From contig ADNK01000423.1 in NCBI GenBank assembly GCA_000320545.1, forward strand, positions 83,431-147,430: a stretch of DNA of 64,000 bases. The letters are read 5' to 3'. The DNA comes from Bigelowiella natans CCMP2755 (lineage: Eukaryota; Protista; Cercozoa). The notes under the pieces were generated by a model, which saw only the letters and a program-made list of their open reading frames with translations, was not told where the DNA came from and did not search any database. The position numbers and the translations under genes are program-made. This document shows positions 43,343-56,718 of the stretch, piece by piece (within the stretch, counting starts at the first letter, position 1; each line of letters starts with the position of its first letter).

Positions 43343-46300
43343 TCATAAAAAATATCTGTCAGCATTTGCGTTGGAAATTGTCCGATTGACATTCGGCTTC
43401 TGTGTTGCACTTCCAGATGGCTGGGGCAGAGTAGAGACGGGAGCTGTGGTTGTCGTTTGTTGCAATTGTTGCTCAGAATGGACACATATTTCATCCACAT
43501 CACCTCCAATAGCTTCTGTAGCTGCTGAAGTATCGGAATCTTCTTCTAATTGCTCAATGTGAGATGCTATTCGAGATTCTGATCTTGAGGTGTTGCGAGC
43601 CTGAGACATGTCACGACTGTCCACTTTGCTTTGATTTCTACTTTGTTCTCGGCTCCCAGCTAAGGATCCAGCAGGCGTGATGCGTGCATGAAGCAAGCTT
43701 TTCGTTGCCCTCATATGTTTTGTATGCGAGTATTTCTTTCCATGCTCTCCAGTAACAACTACTTTCGTCGTGGTGGTCCGCTCTTCTGTTGTATTCCTTG
43801 TTTGGTATTCACCAGCAGGTGAGTAAGTACTAGAAGTCTTTGTCGTTTGCTTCGTTTCCTCGAATCGGGGTGGGCTTGGATCAAACCACCTGTCACGTGA
43901 CTTAACGAATTTGCAACGTGGAGCAATTAATGCAGATATCTCAAGGATCGGCAAAGTCCATTTTCCATGTGATTTGAAGTTCTTACGATCAATCTTCTTT
44001 GGGCAATCATCGGAGCAAAATTCCAACCTTGCACCAGCGATTCGTCCCATTCTAGCTAGATCAATTGCATCCAAGAATGGATCATCCATAACCTTGGTAG
44101 AGAAACTTGATCTGCGGCCGGCCGTCTTTGATTTGGTGCTCTTTATGTCTTCAGATAGCCCATTATCTTGGAGCTCGACATCAAGATCTAGATCCATCGC
44201 AATATCTTTCCCATTTTTGGTGTCGCCCCCATTGCTACTTTTTAACATTTGTTTGTTTTTCATGTCTGAGTCAACACTAGGTCCCCTCGAAGCAGATGAG
44301 GCTGTTATATTGTCAGCATCTTCCTGACATGCACTTTTCTCGAATTCCATTCTTTCCTTGTTTACCATAACGGTCGGCATCTTAAGTACGTTAGAGAACT
44401 TTAAATGACGTTGCACTGCTTTAGGGATCCGGTGGCTCCGTTTGAGAGGTTTGGGTCTTGCTCTTTTAGCCCTATCAAACTTACCAGGGTGAAAACTTGA
44501 TAAATCCCGTTCTTCTGACAAATCATTTTTAGCTTCGCCATCTTTCGTATCTTTATGTGGCACATTTGCATCGAGGATTCCACCAGTTGGGCTTGAAGCT
44601 CCCAGCAAGTCCTTCAAATCAGTTTTCTCCAGAAGCAATTTGCACAGGGTATTACCAAGGCTAATCATTGTAGTCTTTCTTATTGTAACTTGCTCGAGTT
44701 TTTTCAGTTTCCTCCTTGATCTCATGGCGATAATTTTGGTACCGTTGGAGGATCCCAAATCCCTCATATCGACCACCATCTTACCGGTGGAAGCGTCAAG
44801 TCGCACATTGAGCTCTAAATGCATTCTCGATACCTGAGGATTGCTGTTCATACCTATTGTAACACCAGCAAGCGACTTGACCCTTCCGATGACATGTCTC
44901 CCGTTAGAGAGAGATTCTCTTCTTTGTTCCTTTACTACCAAGAAAGTCCAAGCTCCAGGACCGCTTTCAATGGAAATATTGTCGTCATCCTCTCCTTTAT
45001 AGCGCGGCGATAGCATGCCATTCATTTCACTTCGGGTTGGGGAAGTAATTGGATCAGTGGTAAAGCTAAACTTTCTGTCAAAAGAAATCGGTGTAGTAAC
45101 CGGATCAGTGGTAAAACTGAACTTTCGCTCGAAAGAAGTATGCCCGTTGCTAGACACGCCAGCTGTTTCGTCGATGATTTCATCAAAATCCATAGCCTTT
45201 GAAGTGCCTTTGCTTTGGATATCACTAGCGGCAACTGATGAGCCAACACGAGGGTTAGGGCTACTACTAATGATGTTCGTAACATGCGTGGTGTCAACAG
45301 CAGAAACTGTTGTTGCTGTACGAGGAGTATTTGTTGAATTTCGTTGCACCATTTGTGAAGGAGGAACACTTTTTCCGACCTCGCTGCTGTTGGCTTGCAC
45401 AGGTCCAGTTAAAGATAGCTCACAAACAAGTCTTCCAAGAACAATTTTAAAAGGTAGTCGAGATGACGAAGTTGATGGTGATGAAATTTTAAAAGGAATA
45501 TTTTTCCTCAAACTCTCTGATGTCGCTTTCTTGTTGTTCATTGCCACTCTCGTTCCATTCGTAGAGCCTAGGTCGGTGATAGTAATGTGCATCTGTTCCA
45601 CTATTAATTGTAGATGCCTCTTTGAAACATCCTTGTGTGCAACAACGATTGTAACGCCCTTCCCCCTGGACGACCTACCAATCACATGTGTGCCGTATGG
45701 AAGGGGAATACGTCTTTTCTGAGATAAGACTGTCAGTATCCAACTTTTCTTTATTGTAGGAGCACCAGTAGTATCGAGACGTTCCGATGGACGGCCAAGC
45801 GTCGGCATGCTCTGCGTTTTCGATGTTTCCTGATTATTCTGCTGCATAAGTTGCTTCTTCTTCTCCTCCTCCTCCTTCTTTTTAGCACTATCATACTCAC
45901 CGTCAGCTAATCCAGACAGATGAATATTTGGATTTCTTCTTACAGTATCCATCATTCCTAATCCTGAACCGTTCGCTCTCAAATCTTGGTCTGGCCCTCT
46001 TTTGGTATCAGTATCTGCTTCCTCTGATGCTGCTACTGGTGTAGTAGTAGTAGTAGTAGTGGAGGTGGTGGGTTTTGCTGCAGCTGCTTCTACCACGTTG
46101 TTCGCAATTAGAGCCACTGACTTTGTTACTTGCTGCTGCTGCTGCTCAGTGTCGTTAACTACTTTGATCATCTCTTCTTGATCCTTCTCCTCATAGATAA
46201 TTTTACAAGGCAGGCGACCCATGGTCACAACCGTCCCGTGTTCTAGTTTGACAGGAATACCAGGAGTTATCTTCTCTCGACTGGATTTAGTAATTATCCT

Positions 46301-49300
46301 TGTGCCATTTGTGGAACCTAAATCTTCAACTTCAAGCTGATAGTTTTCCTTGACGTCAAAGACAGCATGCTTCTTTGAAAGTTCTTTACTCTTGATATCT
46401 ATCCCACGCCCCTTCGTGTTTCTTCCAATTATATTTCTACCCTTGGAAAGAGATATTGTAGTATCAAGCTTTGAAATCAAGATCTTCCATTCCCTTATCT
46501 TTTTTGCCTGTTTTACATTATTTGTGATATTCTTTCCATCCAATGACATCTTTGCAGCAGCAGAAGCAGCTACGCGTGAGGAGTCTCCACGGAACTCAGG
46601 TCTTTTCTCCGCCTCTAAAGTGGCTTTCTCTGCAGGTTGCTTGATACTTACCTCTGGGGATTTAGATGCTTGCTGTTGATTATCGTTCGTAGAATCATTC
46701 ACAGTGATACGTTGGGTAAGTTTGTCTTCTTTTCCACCTTTATACCCATCATCACCATCAGATACATCAACTCGAGGAGTGGGTAAATTAATCATTTTGT
46801 CGTGTTCATTAGAATTTCCGTCGACTCTTGCTACTCTTATTCCTCCCCTCCTCTTTGAATAATAATCAGCTTTAGCTTCTGAGGGAATTCTGACTTTTAT
46901 TTTTGAGGAGGATTTTGATGATGATGGCTTGTTACTCTTCGTGAGCACAAGACTTTTTGGGGCATCATCATCATCATCATCATCATTACCATCATCATCG
47001 GGTGCTGCCACTACTACTTGTTTTGTCTCCGTGACCGTCGTCGTTGTCTTCTGTTCATGGATGCCCTCCGTCTTCTGTCCCTGGCCGCTAACCCTGACGA
47101 CGACATTGCTACTACTACTATTTTGTATCATCGTACTCATGGTTGAATGACCACTCCTTCTCTTCTTTGTGTTGATCAGCTTGCATAAGACCCGTCCAAA
47201 TGCAATGACAGCCCCATGAGGCGCTTTCGCCTCTTCATTCTTTCCAAGTTTGTGTCTCTTGCCTTTAGTGATAATTCGTGTGCCATTTGTCGAGCCTAGT
47301 TCTTGAACAATGATGCCGTGATGGGAGGAATCAGAACTTGGTCCCTCCTCCTCCTCCTCCCTTGTGATAGTTATCTTAAGGTGCTTCTTCGACACTTCTG
47401 GGTTGCCGTTCATACCTATTGCCACTTGAGCGGTCTTGACCCGACCGATAATTGATGTACCAAAAGGTAGAGGAGTTTTCCGCTTCTCCGAAACCACAAA
47501 CAAGATCCAATCAGACAGCTCTTTCATCGTCGATGTCGCCGTCTTTGTAGATGTTTCTGTTATCGTTCTCTTATCTACTGATACTGCGTCATTATTGATG
47601 TTGTTGTCTTGGTCAAGAGTATCATCGTTGTTTTTTGAAGTGTTCTTGATACCAGAAAGGACCATACCCGATACATTATTCGACGTTGGTGATTTTTTGC
47701 GGACTTCGTCGTTAACATTTTCATGTACCCTCTCTTTCCTATCACTCTCGCCACCTCCTGCATCTGCTAGACCTACTTCGTTGCCAGCGATGGTTGTATC
47801 TGAAATACCTACTGGCAAATCGGACTGCTTTTCCACTTTATTCGCATCAATAGTGGGTAAAGCAGCTGGTTCAAATCTTGGTTTTTTCCGTTCGCTTTGA
47901 GACCTTCCACTTTCCTCACCACCACTAGAAAAATCAAGGCTCACAAATTTGTTCTTGATAGTTGATGATTCTTTATCCAAAATTGCTGCTGCCTTCTGCT
48001 CTTTGTGGTAGAGGAGTTTAGTGACGACTCTCCCCAAGGCAAGGATGGCCCCAGGACCAGCTTCATACTGCTGTTGTTTGACAAGCCTCTCTAATGTGGA
48101 GCTACCTTTCAACTTAAGACGAGTGCCGTTAGTTGATCCAAGGTCTCTTACAAACACAGATTCTTTGTTTTCTTCGACGATAATCTCCAAGTGTCTCTTC
48201 GAAATCTCCTTATTACCGTTCATACTGACCGTGACACCACTTGCACTTGTCCTTCCAATCACGTTTTTCCCCACCTGAAGAGATATTCGCCTTCGCTCTG
48301 TTGCCACAAGCAACACCCAGTTACTGTGATATATTATTTCCCTTTTCTTTTTCGTTGATTTCAATAGTGGCCTGTCGCCGATGTTTTTTTCTCGATCGAT
48401 ACTGTTTGACCCAATATCACATCGATCTTCCGATTCTTTTTCCTCTCTCGTGTCATTGTTTAGATCTTCTCCCTGTCCAAGCGCTTCATTTGAATCAATA
48501 CTGCAACCGCCGTCCTCACCCGACTTCTTACGAATACCATCTTTACTGGCGCTCTGTTTTTTCTTATCTCCATATTCATTGCCACCCTTGGTGGAACCTC
48601 CTGCAATTTTGGTATCACTTTGATCTAGTAAGTCTCCGTGCTTATTTCTCCTCATTCTTTCTATATCTGTCCCGTTGTTGTCGTCTGTATCGGTACCATC
48701 CACGCGACTTTTAGAGCGTTTGAGGATTTTCTTCCTTCCCCTCCCTCTCCTTCTCCTTCTCCCACGACCTTTTCTGGAACTCCCCCCCCTTTTGATTCCT
48801 CCTCCTCCATTACTACCATCGTCTGTTTCAGTTTCACTATTATTTCTAGATAATGAAGCCGACCTACTACCACTGCCGTTTCTCCCCCCCTCATAGCCCC
48901 CCTTTCTATTCTTCCTTCTCTGCTTCCTCCTGGTCACTTCCCTTCGTTTTCTGGCCTCTGCTTGCTTCTTGGTCAAAACTTTACGCTTACTACTAGCGCT
49001 CTGGTTACCAATATCAACAGCTAAAGCGCCTGCAGGTGGCGAGTCACCATCGTCGGCATCATGGCCAGAATTTTCAATTTCATCCTTATCGCTTTCATGC
49101 CTAGAGGCGACAACAGCTAAGGAATTTTCAATAGTAATGCTTGAGGAGGATGTTTTCCCTTCCAATACAGCATCACCCCTCACCCTTTGCTTGCTAGCGG
49201 CGTTGTTTTCCACTTCGTCAACGGTATTATCTTTATTTTTCGCGTGCAGCTCGCCTGCTGTTGCTGATTTTGCTGCAGTTTCAAGTGTGGATTTCAAAGA

Positions 49301-52300
49301 TCCTGGAGATGGAATAGCCTTTAGTTCTCGTATGGGTACACGCGGCGAAAATTCTCTGTTTTTATTTCCGGGGGATATAACTTTCCTTGGGGTGAGTGGA
49401 GAGAGGGGAGTTAGTTGTGATCCAGACGAGATTGAAGGCGATCTTGTTAAAGGGTTGATGCTGGCAAGCTCCATAGAAGAAAATTGCATTTTGGTCCTTC
49501 TGAGCATTTTTCTCTTCAACTTCCTTCTTGCTTTTCGCCTCATCTTTGAGTTTTCATGAGCATCGAGACTAAGACCCATCAAAGATGACCCAACTTTTTT
49601 CAAGCTTTGACCATCTCCTCGGGGTATTCTTATCACGGTCTTCTTTTCCTTCATTGTATCTCCATCCTTACTATAATACTTGAGTTCTTGCATTTCTTCC
49701 GAAGTCATGACATTGTCAATTGTGTAGATGGCGGTACGAAATTTTATCTGAAGTAGAAAAATTGCATTATAATAAAAATCAGGTTTAAAACTAGTAATAA
49801 AGATTAACTTTATGAAAATAGGTTTGATTATGTCTTCCTAATCAATTATTAAAGGTCTGCGGCACAATAAACCTTGAAACGAGAACCGCGTCTTTGCGCG
49901 ACATGAAATGCGTTCATAGCTTGTGTGACTGTGTAGACCGGGAGTCGCATAACTTCTACCACACGCCAGCCGACTTTAACTCCTAACTCCGCGGATGTAG
50001 ATTCTTCATCAACGTAGGACACACGGAGCTGTTCGTCGATATCAAACAAATCGCCCTGATAAAATAACAAGAATTCAAACTCAAGAATTCGAATGAAATG
50101 ACAGTTTTGTTCGTCGTGTAGGTATTGGGAGATATTGGCTTGACCTCTGCATCAAATTTGATTTCCTTCTCGTTTAATTGTTTTGCGGGCATTGCGACGG
50201 TGATAACATAAGGCCTATCCTCCTCGTATGCTTCTTTAACTAAACTGTTGAAAGTATTATGATCGCATATTCCGATGCCATCTACAGCCTCTACCTTCAA
50301 ATATAGTTTTACACCAAGTTTTGCTGCGGGGCTACCATTAAACATCGACTTAATTCTCATCGATTCATCGACACGTATCCCGTCTTCTTTGCGGCCAGGA
50401 AAATCATGCTCCTCAAAACCCAAATCTTGTTCTGCTCGGGCACACCACTTTTTCGGATCTAGAGGAAGAAAGAAGATACCTGAAAAATATTGAACGCTAA
50501 TAAATGACTAAAACTTTGATGTCGTAACTTTGAGAAAATAGTGAGTTAGTCTTAGAATCTAATTCTGCATCACCTTCTAAAGTGGCGATCAATGCGAAAC
50601 GCACACCAATATCTTCAACAAAAGAAAGGAGTGTCTCGACGACCCACCCGTCAAGGTTATCTCTTAGACGCCAAGACAGGACAGAGAGAATGAAGAAAGT
50701 ACAATGTATGTATATGCCGACAATAAAAAATCCGAGCAAATCGTGGTATGAGACGCTATTGTTCGAAAGCTTTGGATGATTGAATGGTAGAATTCTGTCT
50801 TTACAGCAACACAATTTCAGTCCTTCAGGTTCCTCTTCATTCTCTTCGTCGTCTACTTTCCTCTCGGATTCAATATCCTTCATAGAGCATGCACGCAAGG
50901 AGAATGTTCGATGCATATGTTTCCGAGCATCTGCGAAAATGTAACACAATTTCAAAGATGCAACATTGATTCATGCTTGTGGAAAATAACATTTTCATTA
51001 CCGTCATTCGCTTGGATAATCTCTAATTTTGGCAAGTGGGGAGAGTCTTGTTTCTTGGGCCCAACAGAAATGCGCCTTCCTGGAGATTGGCTTCGCGATC
51101 TCTCCTCATCCGAGTCTTTCCATTCTCCTCTCGCTTTCAATTGATCTATTTCCCAAGGTAACATGTCTTTTTTATCCTTCTTTTCTTCTTTCTTCTTTTC
51201 TTCTTTTTCATCTTTTCCGCCTCCTTCTTCTGAGGCAACCTCTTCCAAAAGAAGAGCCATGATACAGTTAAGAACTTGGCCGACTATACCTGACGCGCTT
51301 TCTGATTTATTTGATAATTTTTCGCTGTCAATTTGAAGCTGTGCCGGTAACCTTCGAGAAAACATGCGCAAAACCATCATAGGAACTGGAAGAGAGAAAC
51401 AAACACTGATAAGAGTCGTTACGAGGCGGGAATGAAGAAATGGAACATTTTGTTCCCTATCGTGCATAATGGCAACCACCGTCATAGAGTTGAAGAGAAG
51501 GGTAAATAGAATCAAGCAACGTTTGACTCCGGTGATAAAATCTCCAGGGTGACGCGTCCAGATAGCTACCCAGGGATGTTTCGAACGCAGACCCCATAGT
51601 ACACGAATAGCATAGTTTTTGAAACTTCTCTCCGAATATCGCATTAAGAACATCGCGTTAGTTTTCCTCCAATAATCCATTGTACGGTCGACTTTAGCGA
51701 AGTATGGGTCAATAAAGAATATCGTGACAATAAGTCCCACATAAAAACAGCAGAGGAGTCCAAGAGCAAACATAAAAATTGTATTTTTAGAACTGAAGGC
51801 TTCAGCAGTGATATCACTTTCACCGAAGGTGTTGATCCCTATGTCGAATTTATAGTGGACTCCAAAGCCTGTTAGATGTTCGCTCTCGCAAATAATGCCC
51901 CCACCACTCTTTGCATTGCCCTCCACCAAAGCGCGCAAGCGCACTCCCTCAGTGGACCATAGTTGCATCTTTGGATTCCAGAAAGCACAAACCGGTTGGT
52001 TTTCCAAAAAACTATTTCTTTTCACGTCACAAGGTATTTTTATTACGTACGGAGTTTTCCTGCTAACCCGATTTGAGTGAATTGGTATGCCATTTCGTGA
52101 TATTGTTGCAAATACTATGTACGGAGATAATGAATCCACACTCTGTAGTGATTGGTATATTTGCGATGAAGACGATATTGAGATTAGACTTATCTCAACT
52201 GGATCTTCAGTGTTGATATTATGACTTCTGGTAAAATTTACATATGCTCCATTAGGAGATGAGAGATGAGCGTTGTCGAGATACTTTGGGTACATTGACT

Positions 52301-53102
52301 GGGCCATTATGCTTATTCCAGGTGTATCTTTTGAAATTTGCGTCCGAGAAGCGTGGGAATATTGAATAAGCAGAGAACTAATACGTAGAAGAATCGGTTC
52401 GAGATCCGATCTGAAAGCTTCATTTATATAAAATTGCGTTATATTCTTCTCGAGAATGGATTTTGAAAGAAATTCTAGCGAAGAATCTAATTTTGTCTCA
52501 CTGAAAAAATTCGGTCTTTGATTTAGATTGTGTCTTAACTTCGCCAATCGATAGAACCATTGCTGTTTTATGGAGGAAGGGTATGGACTGTGACTCATAA
52601 GTGATCGTCGGGCTGGTGAAGATAGAAACGATGACGATAGTCCTGAGACTATATTTGAATGCTTAGGTAATAAAATCGAGTTTTTAAAATCTAAATTGGA
52701 GAAGTTCCATGCCAATATTACATCTCCTCGAGTTAAATTTTCGACTGTTGTCTTTCTTTTCTGTGACTGGTCTGGCAATAATAGCCAATTTAAGCGCTGC
52801 CGAATCAAGGTCGCAAACGTATTTGGGAACACATGCTTGTTTGTATGATTTTGGCGAGGATTTTCATGAAAAGAACCAACAGTCTTTGTTCTTTCTGGGG
52901 GCATTGGTCCGTCCACCTCAAGGTGATGACTTTGCGACTCCTCCCCGCTTCGATACCCTCTACCAACAGGCAGCACACCATTTTTTTCAATATTAATATC
53001 GGCCGGTTGAGGATATTGATGGATGGGGCGTAAATTGGCTTTTGAAGGAAGCACCAGCTGTACAAAACCAAGTAGATAGTATATTCGGAAGAAAACTTCC
53101 AT
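43343..53102 (-). CDS. About 3126-aa polycystin-1-like GAIN/GPS, ~5TM receptor fused to 2 PDZ and 5 FHA domains (5 coding exons)
   Basis: Exons 53102-51002, 50930-50574, 50479-50145, 50055-49873 and 49747-43343 are joined by GT-AG introns with matching phases (1,1,0,0), 9381 nt in total. Signal peptide; CAFW..WSTEG..CESEHL|TGF; HPWVAIWTRHPGDFITGVKR; two PDZ-like units; five GR...SxxH...GS(T/S)NGT units. Confidence 0.85.
45041..45137 (-). repeat. Two-copy 17-aa (51-nt) coding repeat, SF(E/D)RKFSFTTDP(V/I)T(T/S)P
   Basis: SFERKFSFTTDPVTTPISFDRKFSFTTDPITSP, located between FHA4 and FHA5. Confidence 0.85.
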
Positions 53103-53778
53103 GGGACTGTCTGTGCCGACCTGCGTAAGTTTATTTCTTCAGTTCTCACAAAATATAATAAAGTTCAAAATATACACATAAGCAGTTAAAATATGCAGAT
53201 AAAATCGAGTAGGAGCAGGAAATATATGGGTCTTACCTTTTAGATCATTGCTGCCATGGAAGTAGGCACAGGGGGGAGTTCTTCATTGTGTTATCAACGT
53301 CTTAGGACTTTAACATTTTAAGACAACAACAAAATGTTTCGTAAGAGATGGGAAATATGAACATTTCTTGATAAATACGATGTCGCATGAAACAATTGGA
53401 ACAAGGAAGGATGGAATTTCGGTTTTCATTGTTTCAGCGTTACGTCGTTTCTTTCATTGGATCTCGTTGGAACCTAGGCCAAGAGCTGAGGTGTTGGAAT
53501 TAGGGAAATGGAATTGAATACTGGACTGCGACAACAAAGATTCAATGTCGTTCCGTCCGCACAGTTGTGATTGATTGTCTTCAACTGATTTTGTGCGGGC
53601 TCCCCCTTGTGTCACAACGGATCAGTTGACGTGAAGTCTTCACTGCGTTCCTGGTAGGGTTCCACTAAATGTAGATTCCAAAGCCATAATTATACAAGCA
53701 AGGAAGTATGAATAGAATCTCGATGAAAGTTCAGATTTAAAAATGGAAGAAATACTAATTTAGTCGTTCTACAGAGAG
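53103..53778. promoter_or_regulatory. Divergent region between the GPS-PDZ-FHA gene (including a likely 5'UTR intron) and IFT122
   Basis: Start codons are 676 bp apart. A minus-strand aag|gtaag...cgcag| intron lies at ~53121-53237. Confidence 0.45.
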
Positions 53779-53884
53779 ATGAAGGTCGAAATTCCTTGGA
53801 AAGACCGCATCCCGGAACGAGATGGGTATTTTCTCTCAAGAGTTAGTCAATTCTCTTCAAACAACAGTAACTAAGAGATGATTT

Positions 53885-53959
<75 letters not shown>

Positions 53960-54140
53960 GCAGATATCCAAGTGTGGTGTACAGTATCGCATTCAAACCT
54001 GATGGAACCCAACTTCTGGTGGCAGTTGGAAATAGAATTCTAGTGGTATGAGTGCAATGATGCACTATGAAGTAGTATTAGTAGTAGGAGTAGTAGTAGG
54101 GTTTAGAGCTTTTTAGACCTTTTCGATATCTGTTGACGCT

Positions 54141-54173
<33 letters not shown>

Positions 54174-54618
54174 GTTTAGAGCTTTTTAGACCTTTTCGAT
54201 ATCTGTTGACGCTTAGTAGTAGTAGTAGTAGTAGTAGAAGTAGTAGTATTAGAGCTTTTTAGACCTTTTCGATATCTGTTGACGCTTTTACCCCCCTGCA
54301 TCACCATGTATAACTCCTCTTCATGTAAACTCTTCATCACTCACTACTCCTTTTTTCTTTCTTTTTGCTTGTAGTATCATGCCGCTGACGGGGATTTGTT
54401 GCACTCGCTCAAAGGGTATAATAGCACATTAACACCTATGAGATGACTGACAAAAAGAAGCACAACATCTAATATCTGTTAATAAAATTATTCCAAAAGG
54501 CACCGATCTTCGGTGTATTGTGTAGCCTATTCGCGAGACGGGAAGCGCTTTGCTTCTGGAGGTCTGTCCTGTGATCCAATCAGAAATTAAGATAATCAAT
54601 TGTCGTGTAGATCTTTAC

Positions 54619-54654
<36 letters not shown>

Positions 54655-55279
54655 TTCTTTACAGGCGCTGACAAAACAATCATTATTTGGACCAGCAAAG
54701 TACTAATATATCACTCTGAAATGAGTCGAAGGGAGCTATTATATGCTAGTTGAGATATTATCAATTGCTGATACTTTACTATCAACAAGCAAGATTCTGA
54801 TTGTTGTGATCTTCTTGCCCATCATCAATCATCACCTACTACTAATACTAATACTAATACTATTGCTGTCGATTAGTGCGACGGTATCTTAAAGTACAGC
54901 CACCAAGATTCAATACAGTGCTTAGTGTACAACCCTATTACTCAGCAGGTGCTCGCAACATCTATCTCATTGTTACATGACCTAATCATCCAGAGATGTA
55001 CAGCAAACGATGGACGACTTGGATGTAAGATAAAGCAAGCACCATTTGTTAATAATTATTGTGTAATGTTGATCAGCTCGCATCGGCAACAGCGTCGGAC
55101 TTTGGTCTTTGGTCCCCAGAGCAAAAATCTGTATCAAAACATAAAGTAAGTAGTATAAGAGAGGGCAAAAGTCTGTATCAAAACATAAAGTCAGTAGTAG
55201 TCTGAGAGAAAGGAAAGAAGGAAGGAACTCTTTCTCAATCAAGACATCATCCTTGGCACCTGCCCAAACCATAAACGTC

Positions 55280-55358
<79 letters not shown>

Positions 55359-55604
55359 TATAATAAATGCAACTCAAAGGTTACAGCCAAAGTACTATGC
55401 ATGGATTGGACAAACAACGGGCAGTATATAGCACTTGGGCAGTTCAATGGTCACATCTCGATTAGAGACAAACACGGCCACGAAAAAGTAGTTAGTTACT
55501 AACCAATTATATTATACATCTTTCAATAAAATACAATCATGCGCTCTCTGCAAGCTTATTAAGAAGTACCTACCCCCCTTTAAACCAACCCGACTACTAG
55601 TGCG

Positions 55605-55658
<54 letters not shown>

Positions 55659-56034
55659 AAGCAACAGACGAACGAACGGGGTGACCAACCATTCTTCTTC
55701 TCTCTATATATTTAAGATTTAGCTTTTGCTGCATAAAGGATTATACTTGTTGTTTTTATGCTCTGCAGGAAGCTACACGGTGATCTAGTAGTAGCCTTAT
55801 TGTTTACTTTGTTCATCTTAACAGATACGCATAGAGCGTTCTTCACCAATATGGTCATTAAAGTGGGCTCCTGCTGCCTCCAACGCAGGTGATGAATACT
55901 TCTTTTTCTCAGCTGATTAATTCAATCAAGCAGCACATATTGGTTATGGAAGTAGTAGTAGTTGCAAAGTACAAAGTATCTGTATTACCTCATCATCTGT
56001 ATTATTTCTTATCATTATAATAACAGCAGCATCA

Positions 56035-56066
<32 letters not shown>

Positions 56067-56486
56067 CTTCTTCTTCAACTACTACTACTACTACTACAGA
56101 TAATCCTGACATACTAACGGTTGGTTGCTGGGACAAAACGCTGTCATTCTGGCACCTATCAGGAGCACGTTTTGGAGCACAGGTCGGTCGGTCATAGTAG
56201 TAGCAGTAGCAGTAGCACTGAATGAGGATGAGGAGAAGAAAGAAGTAGACTAGAATGGTGTTGTCTAAATAAATGTATTTTGGACCGACTGACCGACCAG
56301 TGTGATGATGGATTTAAATTAAATACCTAATCTTAGTATATGTTCTCCATTCTAGAGTACTTGACGAGATATTATTTATAATTAATAGGATATTCGATTG
56401 GACTTTGATCCGTGCAGCATCAGTTACTTTGATGGCGGTGAATACATGCTTATTGGAGGCTCAAATAGGCAGGTTGTTTGATGGAG

Positions 56487-56523
<37 letters not shown>

Positions 56524-56674
56524 GTAATCTTCTTCTCTCCTTCTTCTTCTTCGCACCATCATACATAACATACTTACTATCAAATCTAAAGCTGCAGTGC
56601 TGCCTCCAGGGCTGAATATTTTCTCAAAAACTCGCATGATGAATATTTTTCTCCCCGATATTATATATGTGTTG

Positions 56675-56718
<44 letters not shown>

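Noticed and set aside
43343-49708. 2121-aa ORF as a stand-alone FHA gene
   Set aside because: The frame is open up to an AG acceptor at 49748 and splices in phase to the PDZ exon, completing the PDZ strand (RFK|IKF).
54102-54288. CRISPR-like repeat-spacer pattern
   Set aside because: The spacers are (AGT)n tracts inside a eukaryotic intron, and there are no cas genes.
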